A stretch of 64,000 nt of DNA, from positions 608,001-672,000 of the forward strand of contig CAWDSK010000005.1 of NCBI GenBank assembly GCA_963804995.1, in the 5' to 3' direction. Source of the DNA: an uncultured Acidobacteriota bacterium (GTDB lineage Bacteria > Acidobacteriota > Terriglobia > UBA7540). The notes under the pieces are model-generated. The model worked only from the letters and a program-made list of their open reading frames with translations, did not search any database and was not told the DNA's origin. A program made the position numbers and the translations under genes. This document shows positions 29,761 to 39,338 of this stretch, piece by piece. Every line of letters begins with the position of its first letter. Within the stretch, counting starts at the first letter, position 1.

Positions 29761-30789
29761 ATGTCGATTCTCGAAAGATACGCCGCCTGGGTAGGCTTGG
29801 TCTTAATTTCAATTACGTCTATGGTGTGGCACTCCAGCCCTGCGACCGCGATGGAGCCTATTGATCCGTATGAGCAGGTCAAGCGCCTGGGTCGAGGTGT
29901 GAACATTCTGGGCTATGACCCGATCTGGGATGACTTCTCCAAGGCACGCTTCAAGGAGCAGGATTTTAAACTGATTCACGATGCCGGCTTCCAGTCCGTG
30001 CGCATCAACCTGCACGCCCTTCAGCGCCTGAGCGCGGAGAACGGCTATAAGCTGGGAGAGGCGTGGCTGCACACCCTGGATTGGGCGGTCGAGAACGCCC
30101 TGGCGAATGATCTCATCGTCATCCTCAACCTCCACAATTACGAAGACATCGCCCAGGATGCCGCCGGATATAAGCCGCGACTGATGGCGTATTGGAAGCA
30201 GATTGCCAGGCATTTCCAGGACGCCCCGAATTCCGTGCTGTTTGAAATCCTGAACGAGCCGAATGGTCAACTGACTCCCCAACTCTGGAACGAGTTTCTG
30301 CTTGAGGCGTTGGCAATTATCCGCGAGACAAACCCGGCTCGGACGGTGGTCATCCCCCCACCCTTCTGGGACAACATCAACCACCTGAATGATCTGGAGT
30401 TGCCCGAGGGAGACCAGAACATCATCGTGACGGTGCATTACTATAGGCCGATGAAGTTTACGCACCAGGGAGCCTCTTGGGAAAAGGAGACGGCCCATCT
30501 TAGTGGAATAAGCTGGGGGACCGCCGAAGAGAAAAAGCGGGTGGTGGACGACTTCAACCGCGCGCAACAGTGGTCAGTCGCGCATCATCGTTCCCTTTTC
30601 CTCGGGGAATTCGGCTCCTACGATAAAGCCCCGATGAAATCGCGGGTGCGTTACACGTCGTGGGTTGCCCGTACCGCCGAATCCCTGGGCTGGGCGTGGA
30701 CTTACTGGCAGTTCGATTCTGATTTCATCGTCTACGACATCGACAAGGCGAGGTGGGTGGAACCGATTCGCAAGGCGCTAGTTCCCTAG
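29761..30789 (+). CDS. GH5 endoglucanase-type glycoside hydrolase
   Basis: GRGVN, FEILNEP, VHYYRPMKFTHQGA, FLGEFG, WTYWQF. Confidence 0.93.
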   Translation: MSILERYAAWVGLVLISITSMVWHSSPATAMEPIDPYEQVKRLGRGVNILGYDPIWDDFSKARFKEQDFKLIHDAGFQSVRINLHALQRLSAENGYKLGEAWLHTLDWAVENALANDLIVILNLHNYEDIAQDAAGYKPRLMAYWKQIARHFQDAPNSVLFEILNEPNGQLTPQLWNEFLLEALAIIRETNPARTVVIPPPFWDNINHLNDLELPEGDQNIIVTVHYYRPMKFTHQGASWEKETAHLSGISWGTAEEKKRVVDDFNRAQQWSVAHHRSLFLGEFGSYDKAPMKSRVRYTSWVARTAESLGWAWTYWQFDSDFIVYDIDKARWVEPIRKALVP

Positions 30790-31021
30790 CGTCCGGAGTC
30801 AGAAGTTCGTTGATGATTCGAGAACCCCCTCACCCCCGGCCCCTCTGTCGCCGCGGCGACCGAGGGGGGAGTTTGTTTGAATTTACTGCCCTCGCCCCCT
30901 TGGGGGAGAGGGTGGCCCGCCGCCGGCGTTTTCACCAGCCGGGGCGGGACGGGTGAGGGGGTCACCTTGGAACAAATTGAAGGGGAGACTTTGTTCGCGA
31001 ACTTCTAACTCAGGACCCTAG
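30786..31021. mobile_element. MITE bounded by CTAG with 24-bp imperfect IS630-like TIRs
   Basis: ctagcgtccggagtcagaagttcg ... cgaacttctaactcaggaccctag; internal CCCCTCACCC hairpins; left CTAG contains the GH5 stop codon. Confidence 0.8.
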
Positions 31022-31036
31022 GCCGCGCCGTCCGCG

Positions 31037-33217
31037 CTATTTATCCCCAATCCGACCGCGCAAGACTACGATCGATGCCTTGGGAAGCTGGTAGAGCGCT
31101 TCCGCCCCGCCGGTGACTGTGGATTTGGAAGGTGGGCCGTCGGGGTCCGCATGGCCGCCTGTGGCCTCGGCATGCCACTGGTATTCAGCAGCTCCAAAAG
31201 TAATCCGGTCGACCGGACCGGTGAAGAAACGACCGCGCCGGGATTCTTCGAAAACCACCTTCACCGCGTGGTCATTGTCGTGATCTTTGTTGATGAGCAT
31301 GATGGACCATTGCCCGTCCGGCCGCTCCAGCGCGTAGGCCGTGACCAGCAGGTTCCCGGAAGCATCCGTCACGTCACTCGAAACCCTGAAGAGCCGATGC
31401 GGTGCATCGACCGGTTGGACCCACTCCTTGGTAATCATCTGCGCGGCAAGGTACTGAGGCGGATAATCTATTACGTGGTAATCCTTGTCCAGCCTGAGGA
31501 ATCCGCCGTGCCCGCCCGGCATTGGCATGTAGTGGAAATAAAAAGTGCCGCTGGCCCCTCCCGTCATCATCGAGCCCACATAATCCGCCAACCAGAGGCC
31601 GCTCTTGACGTCAGATGGCCCGGAACCCCCACCCATGTTGCCCTCCGTCATATAGAAAGGCATGCCGGGTGACAAACCATTGTCTTTCCAAGCCTGAATA
31701 ACGTTGCTTACGAACCCCGGCTCCTGGTAGAGGTCAGCCCAGGAGCCCGGGGTCTTCCGGTCCTGGAAAGGATAGTGCTCAAACGAAAAGAACGTGAAGT
31801 CTTTCATCCCGCCGTGCGCTTTGAGGTAATCGATGAACCGGCCCAGCCAGGAGACTTTCCCCTGCGCGTCCGGCCAGACCTCGACGTCGCCGAACGTTCC
31901 CTCGAAAGCCGGCCCTCCCAGCTTCGCCTCGGGGACAAGCCGATGAATGGCCCGGGCGAATTGCAGGTATAAGGCGCCGTAGTCTTCGGGAAGCATGTGC
32001 TGCCCATCTGCCTCTTCCCCCATCTCGATGAGGGAAATCGGATAGTGGCGTTTGTAAAGATAGGCGATCTCGGCCGCGGCGTCATCCGGCGTTGCGTACA
32101 ACATGGCGATCGGCACCATGGTAGCGAGGCCGCGGGTAATCCCACTGGTGAAAAACAAATCGAATCCGATCTGGTCTCCCCGCGATTCGTCAAGATTGGA
32201 AGCCGCATGCCAGGGGTCAACTGACGACGGCCAAGTGACGGTCTGCTCGCGGCTGGGCAAATGTTTGACCACGTCGGTGAACTGGCCGTCGGCGGAGAGC
32301 GTCCCGGCATAGAGTTCGTTGATGGCGTAGCCCACGCAGTTGCGGCGGTCAGATGAGCCGTGCGTATCGCAGGTGTTGGAAGACTCCGTCATCCAGATGC
32401 GCAGGTAGCGCACCGGGATCATCCAGGAAACCAGCTTGAGCGTGACCGTCCCCCCCTGGCCTTCCTTGACCGTTCCCAACGGAAACGTCTGCCAGGTGCC
32501 CTTCGTGGTTCCGTCATAGAACGGCTCCAGATCACCCGTCCAGAACTGCACCGCGTAGCGTTGCGCGTAAGGGTTGGCCCACGCAATCCGCATGGCGTTG
32601 ATGTCCACCTTGCTGCCCAGATCCACCATCACCCACTGCGGGTGCAGCGAGTCTTCCTCCCCGGTGAAGGCCTTGGTCAAGTACGGATTGCTTTTCCAGT
32701 ACGATTGCAGGTCTCCATCTGTCAGGCGCGACCAGCCGTTTCCGTCGCCTCGGCTGAAGCCGCGATGCGGAAGCGGGTAAGCCCAGGAGTGGCGAATGGC
32801 CTCCGCCGGCTGCGGGCTGCCTGTAAAATAACCCTCCTGTTTTGCGGCATTGCTCCAGGTTCCGCGCGCGTTCCAGTGCCAAGCCTCGACCATCAGTTCC
32901 GTGTTCTGACGGTAGGTGACGGGCTGCCACCCCGCGCCCAGAATTTCCTTCAGAACCGGATCGCTGAGCAGCGTATCCGTGTTCCTTTCGATATCCTCTT
33001 TGGTGGGGCGACGGTTTCCGGAATCCGGAGCGCCTTCTCCCGCTCTCAGCCGATCGATGGCTCCACCCAGCGCGCGCAGCGGGCTGAAGGAATTCACCAG
33101 GTGCGATGGCGCTGCGTCGACTACGATTTTCTGCGCCATTGCCGCGTTCGCCATGCCCAGGAAGATGCCCACGGCAACGCAGATTCCTTTGACTAGGCTC
33201 TTGCTATTCCAATCCAT
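31037..33217 (-). CDS. Exported discoidin (F5/8 type C) domain protein, probable glycoside hydrolase
   Basis: Signal peptide AMA-Q; PQWVMVDLG, RYLRI discoidin motifs; MGEEADG, FSFEHYP, YMTEGN barrel motifs. Confidence 0.8.
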   Translation of the reverse strand: MDWNSKSLVKGICVAVGIFLGMANAAMAQKIVVDAAPSHLVNSFSPLRALGGAIDRLRAGEGAPDSGNRRPTKEDIERNTDTLLSDPVLKEILGAGWQPVTYRQNTELMVEAWHWNARGTWSNAAKQEGYFTGSPQPAEAIRHSWAYPLPHRGFSRGDGNGWSRLTDGDLQSYWKSNPYLTKAFTGEEDSLHPQWVMVDLGSKVDINAMRIAWANPYAQRYAVQFWTGDLEPFYDGTTKGTWQTFPLGTVKEGQGGTVTLKLVSWMIPVRYLRIWMTESSNTCDTHGSSDRRNCVGYAINELYAGTLSADGQFTDVVKHLPSREQTVTWPSSVDPWHAASNLDESRGDQIGFDLFFTSGITRGLATMVPIAMLYATPDDAAAEIAYLYKRHYPISLIEMGEEADGQHMLPEDYGALYLQFARAIHRLVPEAKLGGPAFEGTFGDVEVWPDAQGKVSWLGRFIDYLKAHGGMKDFTFFSFEHYPFQDRKTPGSWADLYQEPGFVSNVIQAWKDNGLSPGMPFYMTEGNMGGGSGPSDVKSGLWLADYVGSMMTGGASGTFYFHYMPMPGGHGGFLRLDKDYHVIDYPPQYLAAQMITKEWVQPVDAPHRLFRVSSDVTDASGNLLVTAYALERPDGQWSIMLINKDHDNDHAVKVVFEESRRGRFFTGPVDRITFGAAEYQWHAEATGGHADPDGPPSKSTVTGGAEALYQLPKASIVVLRGRIGDK

Positions 33218-33507
33218 GATTTGTCCCTCGCTAAGATTGCATCGCATGAGGTTCCAGAAATTCTTGTGACAATGTAGCACAGCGCGTTGTAGCCGCACGT
33301 GAAAAGTCATAGGAAGAAAACGCATGAGGGTGGGAAAGTAAGTGGGACCTCGCGCGCTATGCCCCGCGGAAAGCAACATGTGGGACATGTCTCAACCATG
33401 ACAAAATGTCGCTGACCTGCAACAACCGAGGAGGCTAGCACGCGATAACGAGCCTGACCTTCCCATCCCGCGTCGTGCCGGACGTGCCGATTTCCCACCT
33501 CCGTTTC

Positions 33508-33762
33508 TCACGCCAACTCTATCCAGTACCGGAGCGTCTCGAAGCAGGCAGCGCAGCGCGGCGGGCAGCGTATCTGCCCCTGTTCCGCCGGCGCGCCTCC
33601 GATAACCAAGCCGCGCGCCCGAATCGTGATGTCGCCCTCCCCGCGATACGAGACGGTTACACCCCTCATTTCCTTGACCCTTGAATTGCAGCCAAGCATT
33701 ACCGCCATGAGGATCACAACCAGAAGGGGATAAGTCCGATAGGAAGGAAACCTGCGCTGCAT
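33508..33762 (-). CDS. Possible small lipoprotein or relic
   Basis: Hydrophobic LLVVILMAVMLGC lipobox-like segment; short and without recognisable domain. Confidence 0.3.
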   Translation of the reverse strand: MQRRFPSYRTYPLLVVILMAVMLGCNSRVKEMRGVTVSYRGEGDITIRARGLVIGGAPAEQGQIRCPPRCAACFETLRYWIELA

Positions 33763-33905
33763 CCTTGCCACGAGAACCTCCAAGCCGGAATTGCGAGTCC
33801 GCACCGCGCGAGAAGATACACCTGAGCGCTGGTGAACGCAACTGTGGGTCGGGTTTGGTAGTGTTCTAGTTTGATTTTTCTGGAGCTTGCCCAGTTAACT
33901 GTGTT

Positions 33906-34157
33906 GGCCGGCAGGCGCCCCGAAGAGTCGGGGCGATTCACGTCTCTAACCCTGCCCGCCGATATTCCACTTCCGCCGCATACATCCCGACAAAGAGAAG
34001 GTGTGAAAAAATCGTCTAAAACCTTCTTACCGCAGAGACGCTGAGGCGCAGAGGAATGAAAATAAAGGTCCTTTTCTCTGCGCCTCAGCGCCTCCGCGGT
34101 AAGAATACTATTTCTTCACACCTTCAGAGCGCCGGGACGTATGCGCCACCCGCGAGC
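33906..34157. repeat. ~250-bp direct repeat, copy 1, containing a 129-bp MITE (33997-34125)
   Basis: Near-identical to 34775-35025; MITE ends gaaggtgtgaa...ttcacaccttc with internal cgcagag hairpin. Confidence 0.92.
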
Positions 34158-34184
34158 CGCTTTTAGGTTGTTGGTGGCAGCCCA

Positions 34185-34541
34185 TCAGACACGTGCGGGT
34201 TTTCGGTCGGCGAATTTGAGAGGCGGCGGGTCTTCGCCCAGGGCCGACAATACCACGGGCCGGCGGTCTGGAAACTCTGCAACCAGGGATAGGGTGCCGC
34301 CCATGGCTTCGACGGCTCTGCGCAGAGTTGAGAGCAAAAGGTCGCTGCGCTTCTCCAGCCTCGAGACGCTATCCTGATTGATTTTCAGCGTCTTGGCGAG
34401 GCGGACCTGGGTGAGTTTGCGAGCTTTGCGAAGCTCCCGCAAGGTCATCTCTTCCGCCATTAACTCGGCCGCGCGCGCCTCAACTTTCCTGCGCTGCGGG
34501 GCGGATAAGCCGCGGCTTTTGTCATTTACGTTCACCGGCAT
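34185..34541 (-). CDS. XRE-family HTH antitoxin (HigA-like)
   Basis: LRELRKARKLTQ...QDSVSRLEKRSDLLLSTLR...VAEFPDR; RBS ggagg. Confidence 0.9.
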   Translation of the reverse strand: MPVNVNDKSRGLSAPQRRKVEARAAELMAEEMTLRELRKARKLTQVRLAKTLKINQDSVSRLEKRSDLLLSTLRRAVEAMGGTLSLVAEFPDRRPVVLSALGEDPPPLKFADRKPARV

Positions 34542-34543
34542 GG

Positions 34544-34690
34544 TTACCTCCTCCCTTTTCTCAACCGCGCCAGATGCGCGTCGAGGCGGTCATCGGCTTT
34601 TCGAATGAGTTCGCGGTAGAATCGTTTTTCGCTGCCACCCGACTTATCCCCCGCCACCAGCAAGATGGCACGTCGTCTGGGATCAAAATG
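34544..34690 (-). pseudogene. 5'-truncated RelE/ParE-like (Gp49-type) toxin
   Basis: FDPRRRAILLVAGDKSGGSEKRFYRELIRKADDRLDAHL; N-terminal half replaced by unrelated sequence. Confidence 0.8.
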
Positions 34691-34774
34691 GCATGTAATC
34701 CATATTCTGTCAAATCCATATTTCGGAAGTCCCAGCGCGCAGGGCTTGAGCGCAAGCGTCGCCAACGGTTTCGC

Positions 34775-35025
34775 GGCCGGCTGGCGCCCCGAAGAGTCGG
34801 GGCGATTCACGTCTCTAACCCTGCCCGCCGTATTCCACTTCCGCCGCATACATCCCGACAAAGAGAAGGTGTGAAAAAATCGTCTAAAACCTTCTTACCG
34901 CAGAGGCGCTGAGGCGCAGAGGAATGAATATAAAGGTCCTTTTCTCTGCGCCTCAGTGCCTCCGCGGTAAGAATACTATTTCTTCACACCTTCAGACCGC
35001 CGGGACGTATGCGCCACCCGCGAGC
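34775..35025. repeat. ~250-bp direct repeat, copy 2 (MITE at 34865-34993)
   Basis: Differs from copy 1 by one indel and a few substitutions. Confidence 0.92.
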
Positions 35026-35029
35026 GTGG

Positions 35030-37253
35030 TCATTGACCTTCAACTTTCGGCGCCATGCTGCTGCGAGGCAGCATCATGGCTGGGAGCAACTTATCCAGGT
35101 GGCGTGCGATGCGGCTTTTCGCCGTCAAGTCCCATAAGGAAGTCTTTAGATGCCGCAGGGCGAGCACGGACGTGATCCAGGCTTGCGTCCAACCTGATTC
35201 GATTGACCAGGGGCCCCACCCCGAATCCGAATCGCTGGCCCAGTAATCCCACATCTTGAAGTCGAAAGCGCGGCACCAGGCGCCATGGAATTCGGGGTGC
35301 GTGGCGGACTCGATCTGGATGCGGCAAAGCAATTCCGCAAGTTTATCCTCCGCTTGAGAATAGAAAGGATCACCGGTGGCGGCAGCAGCCTCGTGCAAGC
35401 CGATAAAGGCAAAATTCGAGGTATAAAGAAGGTCGCAAACCGGGTCCCCGTTCTCCTGGATCAGGGGTGCTTCGCCGCTTCCATAGGCATCGTTTGAGTT
35501 CGGAGGAAGCAACTGGCCCTGGCTCGCAGCACCCATCTCTTCTCGAAGGGCGCCACATTCGTCCTGCAAGGCGAGCAGATCTTGCGCAATTTGCTTGAGC
35601 CACTGGCGATACTCAGGCTTATCTTCAACTCGAATCAGCCAGGCGAGTGCCAACAGCATGCGGGCTCGTTCCTGCTGAATGCCGTTTGTCCAACGCCACT
35701 GGTGGGGGTAAGCGGCAACGGTCATGCGCAGGCCACTCTTGGCCCGCTCGAGGAAGAGTTCATAATGCGTCTTGTCGTATGCCCACAAGAAGCAGGCCCA
35801 AACGTAGGCCTCGAAATGCGGGGCATAGTTGACCGTATCAGCATCATAAAAATACCGCCAGCCACGCTGTTGCAACCGCTCTTCGTGCAGCTTTTCCCCC
35901 CGGAATCCCAACCTCCCTGTGGTCCGCAAATTGCCCAAGAGGCAACGGAGGACCCGTTCGTCCCAGCGGTCGGTTTCCAGTACGGCCGCTGCGGTCATCG
36001 TTCCCAAGATGCTTCGGGCGTTGTCGTCACCATAGTAAAGGCCAGAAAAGCCGGGTAGCTCCCATCCGATCAGCCCGAAGGATGGACTTTTAGGGTCACC
36101 GCGGGGCCCCTTCGTAAAGGGAGAGGTAAAATATATGAAGTCATTCAGATTGGAAGCAATTCTGCCGTCTTCGGGTCTTTTGCTGATCAGCGATGAGAAG
36201 GCCATCGCCATGGACGTTTCCCCGGTACAGTCATTGCGCAGGTTCCAGCTCAGCAACTGTGAACCATCGGGCTCAATCATGCTGGAAAAGCCTTCCAGCA
36301 GCCCTTCCGTGCCGTCTCCGACGGGCCAGTCAGATTGCGGCCCCGGCGATGGAACATCGATTGATTGATGTTCAGCAGCCCTCTGTTTCCACGAGGGATT
36401 GACCAATAGTTTCGCATTCTTAAACCACTCCACTCCTCTCTCGAAGGCCTCCAATTCGGCAACGCTGGGCAAGGATTGATGGCGTCCGTAGAAAGGATGC
36501 ACGGCGGGAGTAAATTCCGGCACGACAACTTTACTTTCCGGGGAGAGCCAGTCGAGGATGGAGTTCCACACGAGCCTCCACGCCTCCGCGGGTGCGTACC
36601 GACCCGTTATGAATTGGCTCAGCTTCGTCGCTGCAACCAGGACGTTCCCCCCCGGAGCCTTAAAGAGGATGGGGCTGACGCCTTCTTTCGGCACCCCGAA
36701 GATCGCGGTGTCGAAGCCTGCGACGCGGGCCAGCACGAGTTCAGCATTTTGGGCCGCGACAGGCACATACCAGCAATCATGGGTGGCAAGAATCTGCAAT
36801 TGCTTGAGCGGGTATTTGAACCGCTCCGACACAATCACGGTTCTCGAGAACATTTCGGTCTCTTCCCCACTTCCCCTGGCGAGGTGTCCCTACGGTCAGC
36901 CCCGGAACAAAGGATGGGTACTCTACGAATAATCGCAGGTTTTTGTCCGCGGCCTCCTGGAACAGTCGACTATCAAGTTCGGTCACCCTGGCGGGATAGC
37001 CCTCCGCTAGTATCAACACACCAGAGCCGCGCGGCGCTCGTGTGACGGCCTCCCGAGGCTCGCCATAACGAGGGAAAGATGAACCCTGTAAAGCCAGCAG
37101 TTGATAAAGGTCGTTATTTGCAGAACAACTGAAGAAAAGCGGCTGAGCTGCCACCTGAGGTACGGCGAGTGGGACCAGAACCGCCGGTAGGGCGCCGAAG
37201 GCTTTCAGGATATCGCGTCGATGAAAAGAATTCCTCTTTACGTTACGTTCCAT
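35030..37253 (-). CDS. Tat-exported hypothetical protein, probable (alpha/alpha) barrel; frameshift near 36845
   Basis: HRRDILK signal in ORF 36777..37253; continues in ORF 35030..36853 if AG is restored in ctcgag(ag)aacc. Confidence 0.7.
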
Positions 37254-37391
37254 AGGGCCTCCTCAAAAGGTGACCAGGTTCATCAGGACCCCCTGTTTGA
37301 AGAGAGTCACGCGAACACTTTTAGCATCTGGCCTGCGGAACGGGTAAATTCCACGCACCTGATAATACCAGCCCACCTCGGCCCCAGGTTG

Positions 37392-38870
37392 CTACCGCAC
37401 CACCTGCAACTGAGTCCAGTTGCCGGTGAGGTTACCGTTGGGATTGAAGGTAGGGTCATCGCTCATGACGTACTCATTCGTCCCATTCAGCCAGGCGTGG
37501 TCGTACTGGTTGCTGAGCTCGAACGTTGCGCCACTCGCCGGATCGCGGAAGGTTTGCACGCCGCGGATGATCTGACCCTCGCCATAAGCAGCATGGTTGG
37601 CGCCGGCCTCCCGGTTCGCGACCACGCCGTTGATGGTCTGGGCGACGTGGAGCTGAAACTGCGCGATCATCGCCGACTGCTTCGCCAACTCCTCCTGCTT
37701 CTTCTGATACAGGGAGGCAATGACACCATTGCTCCACTTCTCCCATTCCGGCTCGGGGCGAATGGTGCTCGCAATCAGCTTGAAGAGCCTGTCGTTCGCA
37801 TCGAGCTGGCCTTTGGGCGTCCGGTAAAACATGACCATGACGGCGTGCCAATCGTAGGCTACCCCGCGGCCGCCGGTCTGGATGGGGCGCACCACGATGG
37901 CCGCCGTAATCCATTCCTCGACGGGCTGACCTTTGTCGTCGTCGTAGGCGAGCCGCGCGCGGGCGGTATCCGTCCGAACCCCACTTGCGCTGCCGCCCGC
38001 CGCCGTGGGGGGCAGTCCCATCCGGTACCGGACGATCTGGTCAAGTTCCGGAAAGGGGTCAATCGAAACCACCGTCTTGCCCTTGCGATACTTCGTGAGG
38101 AGGTCCTGGCGCAGGAACTCCGCCGCCCGGATCGGCGCCCGCACCGGGCAAGGCTTCATCCGCGACTGCGCATCCCGCTGGTTCTGTATTTGCATCTGGC
38201 GCTGCGCGGCAGGATCATCGATGTATTGCCACGTGTACTGGGGAAGCATCTGTAACTCAATCGAGTTGTCGGCGCTTTTTGCGTCTCCCACCACGGCGAA
38301 CCAATCGGCGAAACACCCGCCCTCGGCAGCGCCGACATTCACCCAGCCTTTGAATTGCCATGCCGTCGGGATCATCAGGTCGTAGGCCGGTCTTCCCTGG
38401 CCCAAACCCTGGTCGATGATCTTGACCTGCTTCATCACGAAGTAGCGCTGGGCCGGACCGGAAGCAGTGGGAGTGGAAGGATGGCTCTCGCGTGGCCCCC
38501 CGGCGGGACTGGAGGGGGCGCTTGCCGGAGAGCTGGGGGTGGGAGGTTCGACCGGCCCGGGCGCGGGGCTAGGGGTAGAAACAGCACCTCCCTTCGCTGG
38601 CTGCATGGCGTTAACGATAGCCTGCTTGCAGCGGTCCGAGACTTCCTCTTTGTGCTGCTTCAGGCAGGCGAGGATTCGTCCTCCGCCTGAGGGGACACCC
38701 GCGCAGAGCCTCTGCACGTCTTCTGTACACGCGGCGCGGACCTCGGCCTGGATTTGCGGCGACGCGGTCTGCGCAAACGACGACTGCGGTCGAAGCAGGT
38801 CGCCCAGCAGTGCGGAGTGCGCCGCGGCGACGACGCACAGTATGAACACCTTCGTTGACCTCGACATCAT
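37392..38870 (-). CDS. Exported hypothetical protein with N-terminal cysteine-rich (GLG1-like) repeat and Pro/Ser linker
   Basis: ACTEDVQRLCAGVPSGGGRILACLKQHKEEVSDRC; RBS gaggagg. Confidence 0.8.
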   Translation of the reverse strand: MMSRSTKVFILCVVAAAHSALLGDLLRPQSSFAQTASPQIQAEVRAACTEDVQRLCAGVPSGGGRILACLKQHKEEVSDRCKQAIVNAMQPAKGGAVSTPSPAPGPVEPPTPSSPASAPSSPAGGPRESHPSTPTASGPAQRYFVMKQVKIIDQGLGQGRPAYDLMIPTAWQFKGWVNVGAAEGGCFADWFAVVGDAKSADNSIELQMLPQYTWQYIDDPAAQRQMQIQNQRDAQSRMKPCPVRAPIRAAEFLRQDLLTKYRKGKTVVSIDPFPELDQIVRYRMGLPPTAAGGSASGVRTDTARARLAYDDDKGQPVEEWITAAIVVRPIQTGGRGVAYDWHAVMVMFYRTPKGQLDANDRLFKLIASTIRPEPEWEKWSNGVIASLYQKKQEELAKQSAMIAQFQLHVAQTINGVVANREAGANHAAYGEGQIIRGVQTFRDPASGATFELSNQYDHAWLNGTNEYVMSDDPTFNPNGNLTGNWTQLQVVR

Positions 38871-39338
38871 GGCCTCCTCAATGCGGTTGCGAAGTGTATG
38901 CGATGCCAACGATCCCCGGCTCATGGCGGATCAGACCCGATCGTAAACTCGTCTCACACCACCGCTGTCGCGTACCTCACCTGATGTTTGGTACTTTTCA
39001 AGCAGTAGTCTGAGCCGGAATTGGTCTCTTGGCCCCGTTGCTGTTCCAATTATACAGCCCCGCGCCTGCAACAGGGCCCAAATTTCCATTATCGAGTTCT
39101 CGCCGCTGCAGCAAACTGAGACACCGCGACAACTTGTTAGAAGTGGCGTCAATGGTTTTGCAGGATTTCTGGATGGCTAGTGTAGTGTCCCGTGCTAGAG
39201 TTGACAATGGGTAGAACCCCCTCACCCGTCTGGCCTCGGCTGATGAGAACGCCTCGGCCAGCCACCCTCTCCCCCAAAGGGGCGAGGGCAAGAGAATTAA
39301 CTCTCCCCTCGCCCCTTTGGGGGAGAGGGGCTGGGGGG

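Noticed and set aside
33906..35025. Integron cassette with attC sites
   Set aside because: Repeats are near-identical 250-mers containing a MITE; no clear RYYYAAC/GTTRRRY core pair and no intI in the window
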